Shown one piece after another: positions 1-13,500 of a stretch of DNA of 64,000 nt (within the stretch, counting starts at the first letter, position 1; each line of letters opens with the position of its first letter). This stretch comes from Mobula hypostoma (lineage: Eukaryota): contig NC_086097.1 of the NCBI RefSeq assembly GCF_963921235.1, positions 74,896,001-74,960,000 of the forward strand. Reading direction: 5' to 3'. The notes under the pieces were generated by a model. That model was not told where the DNA came from, did not search any database, and saw only the letters and a list, made by a program, of their open reading frames with translations. The position numbers and the translations under genes were made by a program.

Positions 1-2110
1 AACAACATGCTACCAGCAGAAAGGCAAATGCACACACATGAAACATCTTTTTTGATACCAGATTGCAGAAATGATTTAATCCAAACACTTAAAGATACAA
101 AAGCACACAAACAAAATTTTTAACAATGTCAAGTGAAATGAGCAATGCATGATTATAATCCTAAAATACTAAGACTAGTTGTGAATAATTTTCATACAGC
201 TCTTCATCTCCCTGCTGGTGTTCTGGTTGCTCAAATTAGTGCCCCTTTGAAAACAAATGGCAGGGGGTTTGATGTAAAAATTTTCATAGTTGAAATCACC
301 AGGAAATAAAGGCTCTAAATTATAATACTTAATGAAGTGGTAAAGCCTAACTGGTGCGAGATAAATGGGTTGTTATATTTGGTCTGTTTTGTGTTCAGAA
401 TGTTGCACTACTGTAACTAAAACTACAGTTATCATATTATCAAAATGTTAACCTCCCAACCTCTTCCCATTATAGTGTGTAAATTAGAATTTTTTAATGG
501 AACACGGTAAATTGGCTATAGCATCTGCCATCTGCCAGTAACTTAAACAGGCTAGTTTATCTAATCTCTTCAGTATAAACACTAGTGTGCCGCATTTCTA
601 CACATCAATACGGATTGAAGTGCATTCCTCTTTTTAAACATAGCAAATTCCATTTTGTATGGATAGTCAAATACAAACTCTCTTAAAATTATTCTGCATG
701 GGAATATGGTAACATTTTCCCATTAAAATCAAACTGCAATTGTGATTGAGATGCAAGATAAATGTTTAGTAATCTGATCAAGGTTTGCAAACGAGCTCCT
801 GATAAAAGAAAATAAAATGCATTAAAACGTCATCCAGTTGTTCTGCAGAGTTTCTTATTGGTTTTTGTCTTCCCGTGCCAAGAAAGGTTCACAAATCTAT
901 TGTTTCTTTGATAGTGGAAAATGCCTACTGCGGTTATTTAAAATTACACCACAACGTGCTCCTCTCAGTTAAAGATACAGCTGAATTTGAGAAGCGGATC
1001 CTATATTGCGGTCTCCCCAGTGACCGAGGGGGCTTTCTAAGTACAATAATGCGATATCCACACCTAAAGTCCTTCCCCAGGTAACCCTTCAAAAGCGTCA
1101 AGGAGACGGTGAGATTTCTAAAAATTGCTGCACTTTCTGATTCTCTCGGGAGTGTGCCTCTACTTTGGTACGTTGAACGCGACTATCAGTGGTATCCCTC
1201 TGTGCGTCCAGCTGGTAATCTCTCACTAGGTATTCGCTCTAAATATGTTCTTACACATCTGCAGCATTTGTCCGCGCACTATACTGTCTGCTGACCAGCT
1301 GAAAACTCCGGTGTTCTACACTGCACCCCTTATACTACCCTTCACCGCACCTGCTGGCACGCCCTCCCCTTAAACACCGGTACAGTTCTTCAAAAAAAGA
1401 CCAAAAAAAAAGACCATGCAACAAAACAAACGTCAAACCGAGTCTCTGTTACAGTTAACTTCATGGTATCGTTAAAGCGAATCACTGACAAATCCTTATA
1501 TGGCGACTGTGTCAATTTAATCATGGCGTCCCAAACACATTGGCCAGGTATCGATCGGTTTGAATAAATGAACACATGAAGCATTTTAATGCACGTGTAA
1601 ATGCATGAAAGGACCGTTCTCTCTAACCGCAGCCGAATACAACTTTAACCAGTGCACTAGGAACGATGTAACGCTAGCAGTGCCTCCGTAGTAACAGATA
1701 TTTGCCACATCGCTCAGTGCCAAATTGCGGATTTTATTTTAAGCATGCAAACTCTCTGTTCCCACAACCACACAAAATATAAAGAATTCCCTCTTGTAAC
1801 TTGCATCAGTTTGAGGCTGACCCCGCCACGATTCTCGGGGCAATAATAACCACGGCAATCACTACATCTGGAAAACTAGGAATGCAGAAGTTAACAGCGC
1901 TCACTCCAGCTCAACAGGCCTTAAAACTTCACATTAGATGCTTCATTTAAAAAAAATCCGGGACCGCCAACCAGCCCCTTGTGGAATTTTCGAGAGGCGG
2001 ACGCGAAAATGTCAAAATCAAGCAGAAAACTCTTGCGCAAGTCTCTGGTGTCCAGTGACGACGCAAAACTCAAGAAAAGGTTCGCCACAGGTAAACAGTC
2101 GCGACAATTA

Positions 2111-2347
<237 letters not shown>

Positions 2348-3213
2348 CTACGTGCATGTGGAGAGGTTGTGGTTGCAGGCTTTTTATTTAAAGCAGGGAA
2401 ACTACAGAAATTGTACGTGTTATTATTCTCCAGAGACTGGAGCAACAAGTATTTGAAACAGAGCAAAAATATAGAGTTAACATTAGCAAATAACACTCCG
2501 AATGAAACGAGCCATATCATCTTACTCCTTGTTCAAACCCCCGTTATAAATGAAATCTTATTTTCGTGTCTGAGTGTTCTGATAAACGGGGCATCTATCG
2601 CTGGTACTGTCACGGCCTAACACGTCCTAGAATTGTTCACAGTGCTTCATCGGACACTTTGCTTAAAATCACCCATGAAGAAACTGATTTCTTAACTGTA
2701 ACCAGTAATAACTGTGGAGAAGCTACAGCACTGGGTATTCAGTTAGACCAAGTAAGTTAAACACTTCAGCTCTGAATATGGAACTGACTTTGCAGCAATG
2801 CAAAATGAATGTTGTATTTAAACCCAGAAGCCACATCAAAGAAGCACAGCGATCTGCAACTTGAAGCCGGGCACTTACGAACCAGACGCCCTCTATTTAT
2901 TAAAAAGATCGGCGTCTTAAAGTGGAAGATAGCCCCATGAACATGTCCCATGCATTTTGTTTCGGTTTTATCTTAGAAAATTCAAGCGCCGTACGTAAAA
3001 GACAACCAACGCCCCTTTCTTTAACAACGTCGCCAATTTGTATTTTGCAATGTTTATTCAAACGATTTAACAAAATAGATTCTTGGTTTATATATCTGGT
3101 TTGCTATTAAACACGATTTGCACAGGACTTTAAACACTGCACGTTCCTACTGCACAAAAGCAACTGTAAATGTAAGAGATCCAAAAGAGCAAAAAAAAAT
3201 ACACGGACTTTAC

Positions 3214-3264
3214 CTTTTCTAACTCCAAGAGATGGAACCTTAATACTTGAATAGCTTGGATCAT
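3214..3264 (-). CDS. MEIS2: Meis2 exon 5 (MIQAIQVLRFHLLELEK), 51 nt
   Basis: Translated by hand; ttacag acceptor, gtaaag donor. Confidence 0.97.
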
Positions 3265-3923
3265 CTGTAAATTTATCACACATGTTAGACATGCCAAACA
3301 GAAATACTAATTGGTTTTCTTTATTATTTAGTAATAGGTTGCATGGCGAAACTAAAACTTTAAGCACTTTCAACCATGCAGATTATATTTCAAAAATCGA
3401 CGTTATAGCACTCAGTTCTGTAATGAAATGTTTTCGTGTTCCCAATGTAATCTCGGACGAGCTAAAAAAAAGTTAGCCAGTTTCTTTAAAAATGCACTTG
3501 GAACTAAGGCTGTCACAGACGAGGACCACAAATCTCAATACGTGTGTGAAGTCGGTTTACGGGTCGTTTGAAACCGAAATCTTTGGGAATTTGCAAAACG
3601 ATCGTGTCGAAAGTGCGGGAAATGCTGAAGTGGCTCTTTCTTGCTAAGCAGTTGTTTCCTGAACCCCCCCCCCCCACCTCCTGCGGCTGGTGAACGGGTT
3701 TGTAATGCAAGTGTTTCACCGGGTTATATTTCACCTCATGTGAAACGCCACCGAAATAAATGGGAGTTATTTTAGGGCCACGCTGATTAAAATCCAGCAA
3801 ATGGGTCATCTAGTTCTAATAGTTATAAAAGGCGGTTGTTTTCTTTACAAACAACAGCCCACGTGCACTGTACATATAAAACTGCATTATGTTATAAAGA
3901 TAATGAAATATTGAATGTCTTAC

Positions 3924-3974
3924 CAAGTTATCCAGTTCTGGATTTGAAGAGAATAATGGCTTTTCTGCACGAAC
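3924..3974 (-). CDS. MEIS2: Meis2 exon 4 (VRAEKPLFSSNPELDNL), 51 nt
   Basis: Translated by hand; gttcag acceptor, gtaaga donor. Confidence 0.97.
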
Positions 3975-4216
3975 CTGAACAATAAGAGGGAAAAATTAGT
4001 TTAAAGCAATCAACGCACTATGTGTTTCAAAACTTATCTTTAAACACTCAAGCAAAGTCTTTGGCTCTCAAAAGGCAAGGTGTACTTACTAAATAAACGG
4101 AATGCGAAACACGATTAGCGTATGAATGATATGTAATTACTTGTAATTTGAGACATTTATTAAAATATTTCAGTGTTCCACGAGTAAACACTTGAACAAT
4201 TTACTGTTAACATTTA

Positions 4217-4465
<249 letters not shown>

Positions 4466-5068
4466 TCAATTCCTTTCAGACCTGTAGTAAATGAATCTCT
4501 TAAAACAGTTTAAGCTTTTCTTTTTACAATGAAGATAGTTCCCTTGTCCTGCTATCTGTATTTATTTAGGAAAAATCCCGCAACTGACTCACAAACTGAA
4601 ATTTTACGATTGAAGAACCGGATTGTTGTTAACAAGTAGACGTTGATATTGTGGATTATATTTTACCAATTTTGTGTGGTTATTCATCCCTCCAAGTTAA
4701 GCAACAAGGCAGCAGCCATTTTGAAGTAAAACATAACTTAACAGAACAGAAACAGTGCAAAAAAACTTGCAGCTTCCGGTCATTTCAGAAAGCTATAATC
4801 ATTAACGTTTGTGAATGGCAAGGAAAAAAATCTCCACATGCATGTAAAGCATTATTACGGCCGACCCGACTGCATTACGTGTCTGCAAAATAGTGACACA
4901 AAGTTCAGAGCCCCATGCTTGCATGCTCAAACTTTTCAAAACAACCAGACACTTTCTCCCCTCCTGAACTTGCTCGTTTATTATTTTGCTTTCCATTGAG
5001 TTGCTTACAAACTGTTTTCTTACTCTCTCCGAGGATTGTGTCAGTGTTCTTTTATATTTTATTACCTA

Positions 5069-5650
<582 letters not shown>

Positions 5651-5840
5651 TTAGTTGTGATTGAACGAGATCCCTTTATTTTCCCAATCCAGTTTTCGAC
5701 TTCTGCTTATCCTCCACTACCGCAGTTTAAAGCGGACCCAGGAAAGGGAACTTTGCCTTTTTTCCTCTCTGTCTCTGTCTCCCCTTGTTTTCTTTTCCAG
5801 AAGAAGCGAAAAAAATGTCAAGCCAAAAAAAAACTGAAGG

Positions 5841-5891
5841 TTACGATCGGCCCGTCAACAGCCCGCTTGTAACAAAACTGTCGTCTCTCAT
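5841..5891 (-). other. upstream ORF in the Meis2 leader (MRDDSFVTSGLLTGRS*)
   Basis: gccATGa context, 16 codons plus TAA; the only minus-strand ATG between 5594 and 6250. Confidence 0.6.
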
Positions 5892-5909
5892 GGCTTTTTG
5901 CCACTCCAG

Positions 5910-5919
5910 CTGTCAATCA
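5910..5919 (-). promoter_or_regulatory. PBX-MEIS/PREP decamer TGATTGACAG
   Basis: Exact match (ctgtcaatca on the + strand). Confidence 0.7.
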
Positions 5920-8900
5920 AAGCAGGATTGTCAAGGTATTGAATGAATGATGATCTGCCGTTGCAACAACTCCGGCTGCCTTGGACCGCTATCTTACTGT
6001 AAGAAGAAACGGCGATGAAAACGTTCACGAGGAGTTAACAACAAAAAATAAGAGAGAGAATGGGGTGAAAAGCAGCCTCGGCTTCTTTCTTGGCTTTTTT
6101 TTGTTGTTTGTTTGAATAAGTGGCTGTCAGTAAGTATTGAGGAGGTGGCAGGTTGGTTGGTTACAGAGTGAGTATGTTGTCAGTAATAATGCGCTGGCAG
6201 CGTTGAGCGGCGGCGGCGGGAGAATGACGGAACCCGGAAGTAGTGGTGGCCATAGCCAGTCGTACGCCAACCAGTCTCTGATATGCAGAGTATGCAATCG
6301 GACTGCTGCAAGTCATGGGGGGAGCCAAACAAATATCCCTCACCGCATCCCACCCCCCCGCCCCACACACTCCCCCCCCCAAATAAGATTAAAAGACAAG
6401 ATCTCCATATCAATCAACATATCCTAACAAGGTTCACTGTCCCGTTTTACATATCAAGCATTATCTTAGAGACAACAACAAAAAAGTTGTTGGCTTGTTA
6501 AAATATTCAAAACTTCCCAAAGTAAGCTAATGACTAACACACTGCGGCACCTTTTCGCAAAACCACCCTCCTCGTAATTCGCAGACACTAATGGGATCCA
6601 GTGGTTAAATAATTTCCACAATTCCCCCCCCCCTTCTTATGAGCATAATGTAGGGAACCCGTTAACTCATCCCATTTACGAATGACCAGGACACTAAGCG
6701 TATGAGCTGGGACGAGGCGCTTCCGAAGGACAGCATTGGTTTTATTTGAGTAAGTGGTTAGTTGCAAAGTTCAACAGGCTTTAGAATTATTTTTCTTCCA
6801 GACATTTGTGTGCGAGCGTGTTCTCCCCCGATTTACTTTTTCCGAGCTTTGTTGTGGTTTGCAGTGTAGGTTAAGACATTTATCACAGTAATCCCTGATA
6901 ATGGTGTGCCCAATTGTGTGGTGTTATTTAGAAAATTAAGTGTGCTCCCGCACCCCCTTGAGCACAAGTGAACTTTTCCAAGCAAAAAAAGCTTTTGCAG
7001 GGAAAGTAATTTTGTGCGTCTCGTCCAATCCTTTTGCTGGATCCAAATTCATGCACCCAGCCGTACATCATGGCAGTCAATTATCATAGCTTCATCTGAT
7101 CATCAATCACGGGAGATGCTAGAAGTTAAGGGGCGGAGCATTGGTCGACCCATCGATTGCAGGAGTTTTGTCTTTTCCCCCCTTGTTCACGGTCCCCTGC
7201 GCACAAAGGCCAAAGCGGACTATTCCGTTTAATATTTGGCTTCATCAATAGACATGCTGTCTTTTGTGCATGTGACATCACATATCGACGGTTTCACAAA
7301 AATGGCAAAATACGTTGTCTACGGGATATTTGATTTCCAAAATTAAACATGAATCACGACTTTGTCAAGACAGACTGTATATGTGCACTTTATTTTTACG
7401 GACACAGGGCATAATAACAATGCAACTTCAGAGGTCAATAAAGCAAAACAAAATGAATGATTAGGATGATGATGATAGTGATAACCACTGCAATTAAGCA
7501 GTTTGATTAAACGAGGCATCATAACAACAGTGATGTTTGTGAAAACACCCCTCATATAAAAAAGTAAGATAGTGCAGCGGTTGACAAACGCCAGTGGGCA
7601 TTCCAACACGCTTCTGCCTGAGTTTACCAAGGAGTGTTGACAATGCAGGACACCGTCGAAAATCCGCTCCCAAAATACTTTTACGCATTGTTCCCCCTCT
7701 GTTTCCCCCTATAAGAAAAAGACGTACAGCTACTGAAGATCCAGCCGCCTTCCGAGATGTTCTTCAAATAGTACTCTTCTGGTATATTTTCTGGTTTGTG
7801 CTTGCGATTTGTCCTCCTATACAGCATGGTAAGTGCAAGCCGAGTCTTTATTAAGTGTTTCACTAATAAGCATTTATTCTTAGATACAAATGACAACGTT
7901 GCCATGGTTTTGCCTAAACCTGCAGCCACACAGTTATGATTGCTCTGTTTTAATTTGCGTATAATATAGCAAGTCAACGTAATGGAAGAAAGGTGTATTT
8001 AGATCGGTGGGCTAATGCGCGAAACATTAGGGGTTTAATTCAACCGGCCACAAATTTTCACCTCATTGCTAACGGTTGCAAGCGTTTCTGAGCGGAACCC
8101 GAAACAGGGTACAAAGCGTTTGTAAACTGTGAAATCTTTATAAAGCAGTAAAGCGATGAGCTGGTAGCAGCGATGAGTAGGGGTTTCTCAAGTGATAAAT
8201 AAAAGTAAATGTTGTGTGACAGTCATCGGTGACTATTGAAAATGCATTTGTTCCGACTCATTTTTTGTAAATGGGTTTGACTGCGGCATCGTACCGTAAC
8301 CATTTATATCTGTTGGAGTATGTTGTAACTCGTAGTATTGCGTAGATTAAATATTCCAACTGTACTCGCGCACAGATCTGAAAACTGTATTCAGAAATAG
8401 GCATTTTCTTTCAAACATCGGGAAAGTATTTTTAAGAACTCCCAAATAATTAGGAATGTACGTAATGTTTATCAAAATAACAATGTCTTATTTTCTAGTA
8501 TGAGCGAAGATACACATTCGGATTTGTGTGATCAAAGAACGTTTTAAATTATTTTCTTAATTTCTAGCCAATATTCTAAGAAAACAATTGACTTCCAAAG
8601 CACCATTTATACAGGGCGGCAGCAAGCAAGACGCGGGTTCCTCCATGTAATAAATGCTATTCACCCGGTATTTTATCGATGGAAATCTATTTATGTGATG
8701 GTTAAATTTCTTGTGTGCAGAACGGAAGTGCCTTAACGTAAACTTTGGCCTCGCGTTTATTTAGAATTCACAGCGGCCAACTAATAAGTAATATAATTCA
8801 AATACAAACTATCTAATCGCAAGTAACATCTGTGAAGATTGCTTCGTTGGGTTTCCGTAAGATACCAACTTAATTCCTAGCTTGCCAGTTAGTTTTTATG

Positions 8901-10295
8901 ACGATTTATTCCCAACATTATTAAAATCTGATTCTTTTCCGTAATTAAACTTGTTTGGTTTCTGTTTAGGAAAGCATTTTCCAAAGCTGCAGTTTTGTAG
9001 ATTTTGGTTATCCACATGTCTCAGCGGGAATTTCACAGTGAAAAAAAAATTGTGTGTGATTTCATTAGAAGATAGAAATTAAGTAGCTGCCGTTTAGATA
9101 ATGTAAATCTGTGTCCGGTTATGGAGTACATCTCCATCAACAACCAGATAGTAGGGGGATAGAAGAAGATTGCTTTAACAGCCGGTAAAATTTCATCTTC
9201 TGGTGTCACATTGAGGTCAGCTTGGGGTTAGAGCTATCACTGCTCAGTCTGAGTAGTCCAGCTGTGTTGAGATTCATTAAGAGTACAGTATCTGTTTCAA
9301 GAAAAACAGCACTAAGACAATCAGAGGGAGAAGGATCCCGCTGTTGTTAAAACTACAAGTGCGCCGTACGAAATGGTAAATGTATCAAAACTTCCTTAAA
9401 TTCACCACGAAAGCCGCCAGAATCGAGCTTTGCTAACACCCACCCAAACCCCAACAACCCCCTCGTTCCATTGTCCCTCTTTAAACCGACAGCGGTTTAA
9501 AACATTGATGGGGCTGCATTCTGATTTAATGATGCAAAATCTTGTTATTGAGCGGAACGCGTCGTCAGTACGTTATTGAGTAATCTTCTTGTGTAGTAGA
9601 AAGTGCACTTCCAAATCTATTTAAAAACCATCATTAAAAGGCGAAGAAAAGTGCAACATAGACTAATTTTATATATTTGTTTAATTATTTATTCCTAAAT
9701 ACAGAAGTGCTTGAATATATCTCCTATAAAATTGGACGAAGTTAAAAATTTTCTTTACATATTATGCGCCAATAACGATAAAATATATTTTAACTTAAGG
9801 TATCATGAATCGTCAATGGAGTGTCGAGAAGTACAATATATGACAGAAAGTCATAACAAGGAAGGAAAACGTAAAGGAAGACTATAACGTTACGGATCTG
9901 TAATTATTTTCGTGATCTCGCTCTCAAAATGGAAAGGTCTGAATGTCCCCGACACTAAACAGAGTCAACGTTTTCTTTTGTTTAGTTTTGATTGCCTTTC
10001 ATTCTTAGCTTGTGTGAGTGTGTTTTTATTACCGTTTCGTCGTGCATTGTTTTCCCGGCGGATCGTATAAATATCTTCATTTCTTCTCAGCAAAACTTTG
10101 GAGTCTTCACTTATTCGGGTAAGGAGGTAAGGAAAGAACGACATTGAAACTAACCGTTTGGATATTGTGACTATTCACTTTATTCGAAGAATTGTATTTT
10201 CTAAATTCTGTTAGAATTACAGCCTTTTTGATTATTTTAAGAATCATAAACCTTGTTCTAATCAAGGTTAGGAGAAAGATCGAGGGCGATTACGT

Positions 10296-10312
10296 TGAAC
10301 TTCTGGTGACCC
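10296..10312 (-). promoter_or_regulatory. DR5 retinoic acid response element GGGTCA-ccaga-AGTTCA
   Basis: Perfect RGKTCA-N5-RGKTCA, 4.7 kb upstream of the ATG of a known RA-inducible gene. Confidence 0.7.
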
Positions 10313-10518
10313 CAATGCAAGTTCGGTTTTAAGCAAGCCCTTCGCATTGGTCCTGCTGGTTAGATGTTACCTGCAGACTGCCGCGTATTAAACTCATCGG
10401 GTTCCCTAATTCTGCCCCATCTCGTCACAATCAACTGAACTAAACGCTGTGAATTTGGAAATGTGCTGCCTTGGTGGGCGAGAAGTTCATCTGAAGGCAC
10501 TTCTTTTAGACAGCCCTT

Positions 10519-10534
10519 TAGCGCTATCTGGCGG
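10519..10534 (-). promoter_or_regulatory. CTCF-like motif CCGCCAGATAGCGCTA
   Basis: One mismatch to the CCGCCAGATGGCGCTA form of the core consensus. Confidence 0.45.
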
Positions 10535-13500
10535 GGCGAGCTATAGTAATCCAGTTGCTGATTCCCGAACTGTATTCCCGAAATATATCAGAGAACCTTG
10601 TAGCCACACAAAGTTTATTTGCCAGCAAGACTGGGTCAGTGATCTGTTTTTAAATGAGCAGATTATGTTGCACGCATTGAAACTAATTCAAACACAGCTC
10701 AATTTGATAACGTCGCTTCCAACCCAATGATTTCATTTCATTTTCATTATCGAAAGAGTAAACTTTTCAATAACCATAATACCAAGCCGCCTGGAATGGC
10801 GAAATGCATGTACTTTGCCACAGACGTCTATTCATTGTTCCGCGTACTTTTATCTTCGCCTCTTAATGTAATTGATTTCAAAATTAATACATTTTTGTTT
10901 TGGAAACTAAGGGTGGCAATTCTAAATTGTCAGAACTGATTGCCATTATCTTTCCCCCTTTAGTGCATTTTGAAAGATACCACACATATAGACTAATTAT
11001 TTTGATCGCACAATGCCTGAGTGCTTGCGAGGGAGATCAAGCATGCATGGGTGGAAATTTTGAGGTCACTATACAGAGAACTTTTTTAATCGCTAGCGCT
11101 GTTGTGGAAATGATAATACCACAATACCTCGCCCACGCAGGGCACCTTCCGCACGCGAATAGCGCATGAAAGCATTTTAAAGAATCGTTACCTGGTTCGA
11201 GAGGGTGTTAATTTCGGGGTTAAAGGGTTGGAGAATGGACCTTCTTGGGGATATTTTGCCGGATTTTTTTTCTTGGCAGAATGCTTACAACCGTTGAATG
11301 GGAGATGCATAAAACCCTTTCCCGTTTACACGTTGTTTATTTAACATTTGCAAGGCAAGCGGTATTTCTTTTCCGCAATGTTTTACATTAACCGAATAAT
11401 GACAAAAACAAAACAGGCCGATTTAGGTAGTTATTTTGGATGTTAATAGACTATGCTTCTCTGCTTCTTAAACACAAGCTTGTCGTGTTTATAAGTAGTG
11501 GGATCATTTAATGAGTGTCATTAAAGCATGTTTCCATTGCAATTATCCCTGGATTAGAATCACCAAACCAGGTTAATTTGAAGAAAAAGCAATTAGCGCC
11601 TACTGTAACAAAGCAACGGGCAAATCTTTATAGACCTTTTGTAATAGTCTTGCGATAAATTCCGCCCCTTTCGATATCTTGTGCATATAGTCCTTTTAAT
11701 CTCATACAAAAAGGAACGCTAATTTACTTTCATACAATGCTTAACATTAACATATTACAGCAGCTGGTTTGTGATTCCCCCCTTTCTGTGGCACGAACGT
11801 GCATGTTTTATGTTCTTATCTTCAACAAAACTATTTTAACCGATATTGTTCTCGATGGTGTGATCTAATTAAATGTAAACTTCTTGTCTGTAAGCTCTTA
11901 CGAGCTGCGCTGAAAATTGCTAACAAATGGCGGTTATTAAAATCAGAAAACCTTCTTTCTCTTCTGCGCAGCCATCCAGGAGGTAAGATTTTAATTGATA
12001 GAGTTTTATTTATTTATTATTAACATCAGCACAGAAGCTCATAAAGTGTGCATGTTATTTATTGGGAAAATAAAATAATGTTTACATGGAACACTATCGG
12101 GCATTACGGGGGAAGTCAATTCGCTAAATTTTCTAGCCCTATCTGTACACTCTTTCCATTACCTTGACTTTTTTATACAGGCAATATGTTTTGGCACGTT
12201 TGAAACATCCAGCGATTATATTATTTAAACGTAAAAGGATGACTTCAATTGGAAGTGCTTGATCTTTTGAAGCAGTGATGAATATTAATTTTGCATTAAT
12301 GATAATTATTCACTTGTTAACTTCGATTTAGCTGTTAATGTGACTGAGCAATGAAATATCACTTGATTATTTTATTGTATACAAAACATGCAAAAATGTG
12401 CAGATTTGAGACATTCTGTAGGGGTTTTGACCAAAGCGGAGGAGAATGACAACAAATAATTTGTATAATTTGGTGGTTTTGTTTATTCCAATTTGTCCAT
12501 ACAGTTCAGAATCATGATGCAATTTAATCAGGTCCATCATAAATTTTACTGGGCCAACGTGGCATTGTGAAAATACTTTTTTCCTCACCACTGTATTTTT
12601 AAAAGTTTTCGTGCGTTATTTCGCATAGATTTGGCTCTTTAAAATTGATATTCTTGTTTTCTTAGGTGATCCAAAGAGGATAATCACTACCAGTCCCTCG
12701 TGCAAAGGAAAGAACGCAAGAGCAAATATAGTCCGTATTCTACTTCGAAAGTCCTAATTTTACAGCGAAAATGCAACCCATCACTTCTTGACTGAAAAAA
12801 AAGCAAAAAGTCGTTAAAAATGCAAAGGAATGCCAGGTTGTTGAGTAAGCAATAAGGCGGTGGATGATCTGTTGTTTTGTGAAGGTCAGGTCACGGGCGA
12901 GCTTTTCTCCCGCAGATCATTAGGTGTAATTGGGTAAGTTTAAGTGGACTTAGGATGCCTGTACTTAAGTTAATAGCAATGACCTTCTTGCGGCTGCCCT
13001 GTCCAACATTATTCATCGTTGCCAGGCCGATTTGAAAGCGATTCTCACTCTAGCTTTCAAGAAGTATTTCAGGATACGACCCCTGTAATAGCATTGCGGG
13101 AAATCCCATCATATTTTTTGTTTGCTCTTTAATATGATGTAAGAAAAGCAGATAACATTTAATCTGAGTTCCATTGTGTATCAATCAATATAATCGTGTA
13201 CTTCAGCGGTAAATATAATATTGATTCATTGAATTACGATGCATGTTTTCAAAGCATATTGGACTTCATTACATCACACACTGTGAGTTAAACTATTTAA
13301 AATAAAAACATTCTTGAGTGAAGTGCTTGCTATTCGAATCCTGTCTGGTATCTTGAGAAATATAAACTGAATGTCATTTTCTCAAATGCAGATTGACAGA
13401 GAATATCGATTTAATTACTAAATGAATAAAAATAACTTAGCCAATCAATTGGTCTCTGCATTGGCCATCATGAAACTTAGGTTGCTTTCTCATTTTTATT

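Noticed and set aside
6137-6427. + strand ORF containing PGSSGGHSQS, reminiscent of MEIS2 exon 7 (PGPSSGGHASQS)
   Set aside because: Wrong strand and position, short low-complexity match over promoter motifs, no exon context; treated as coincidence.
7421-7437. Possible RARE around ttcagAGGTCA
   Set aside because: Only one good half-site; no consensus partner at DR1, DR2 or DR5 spacing.
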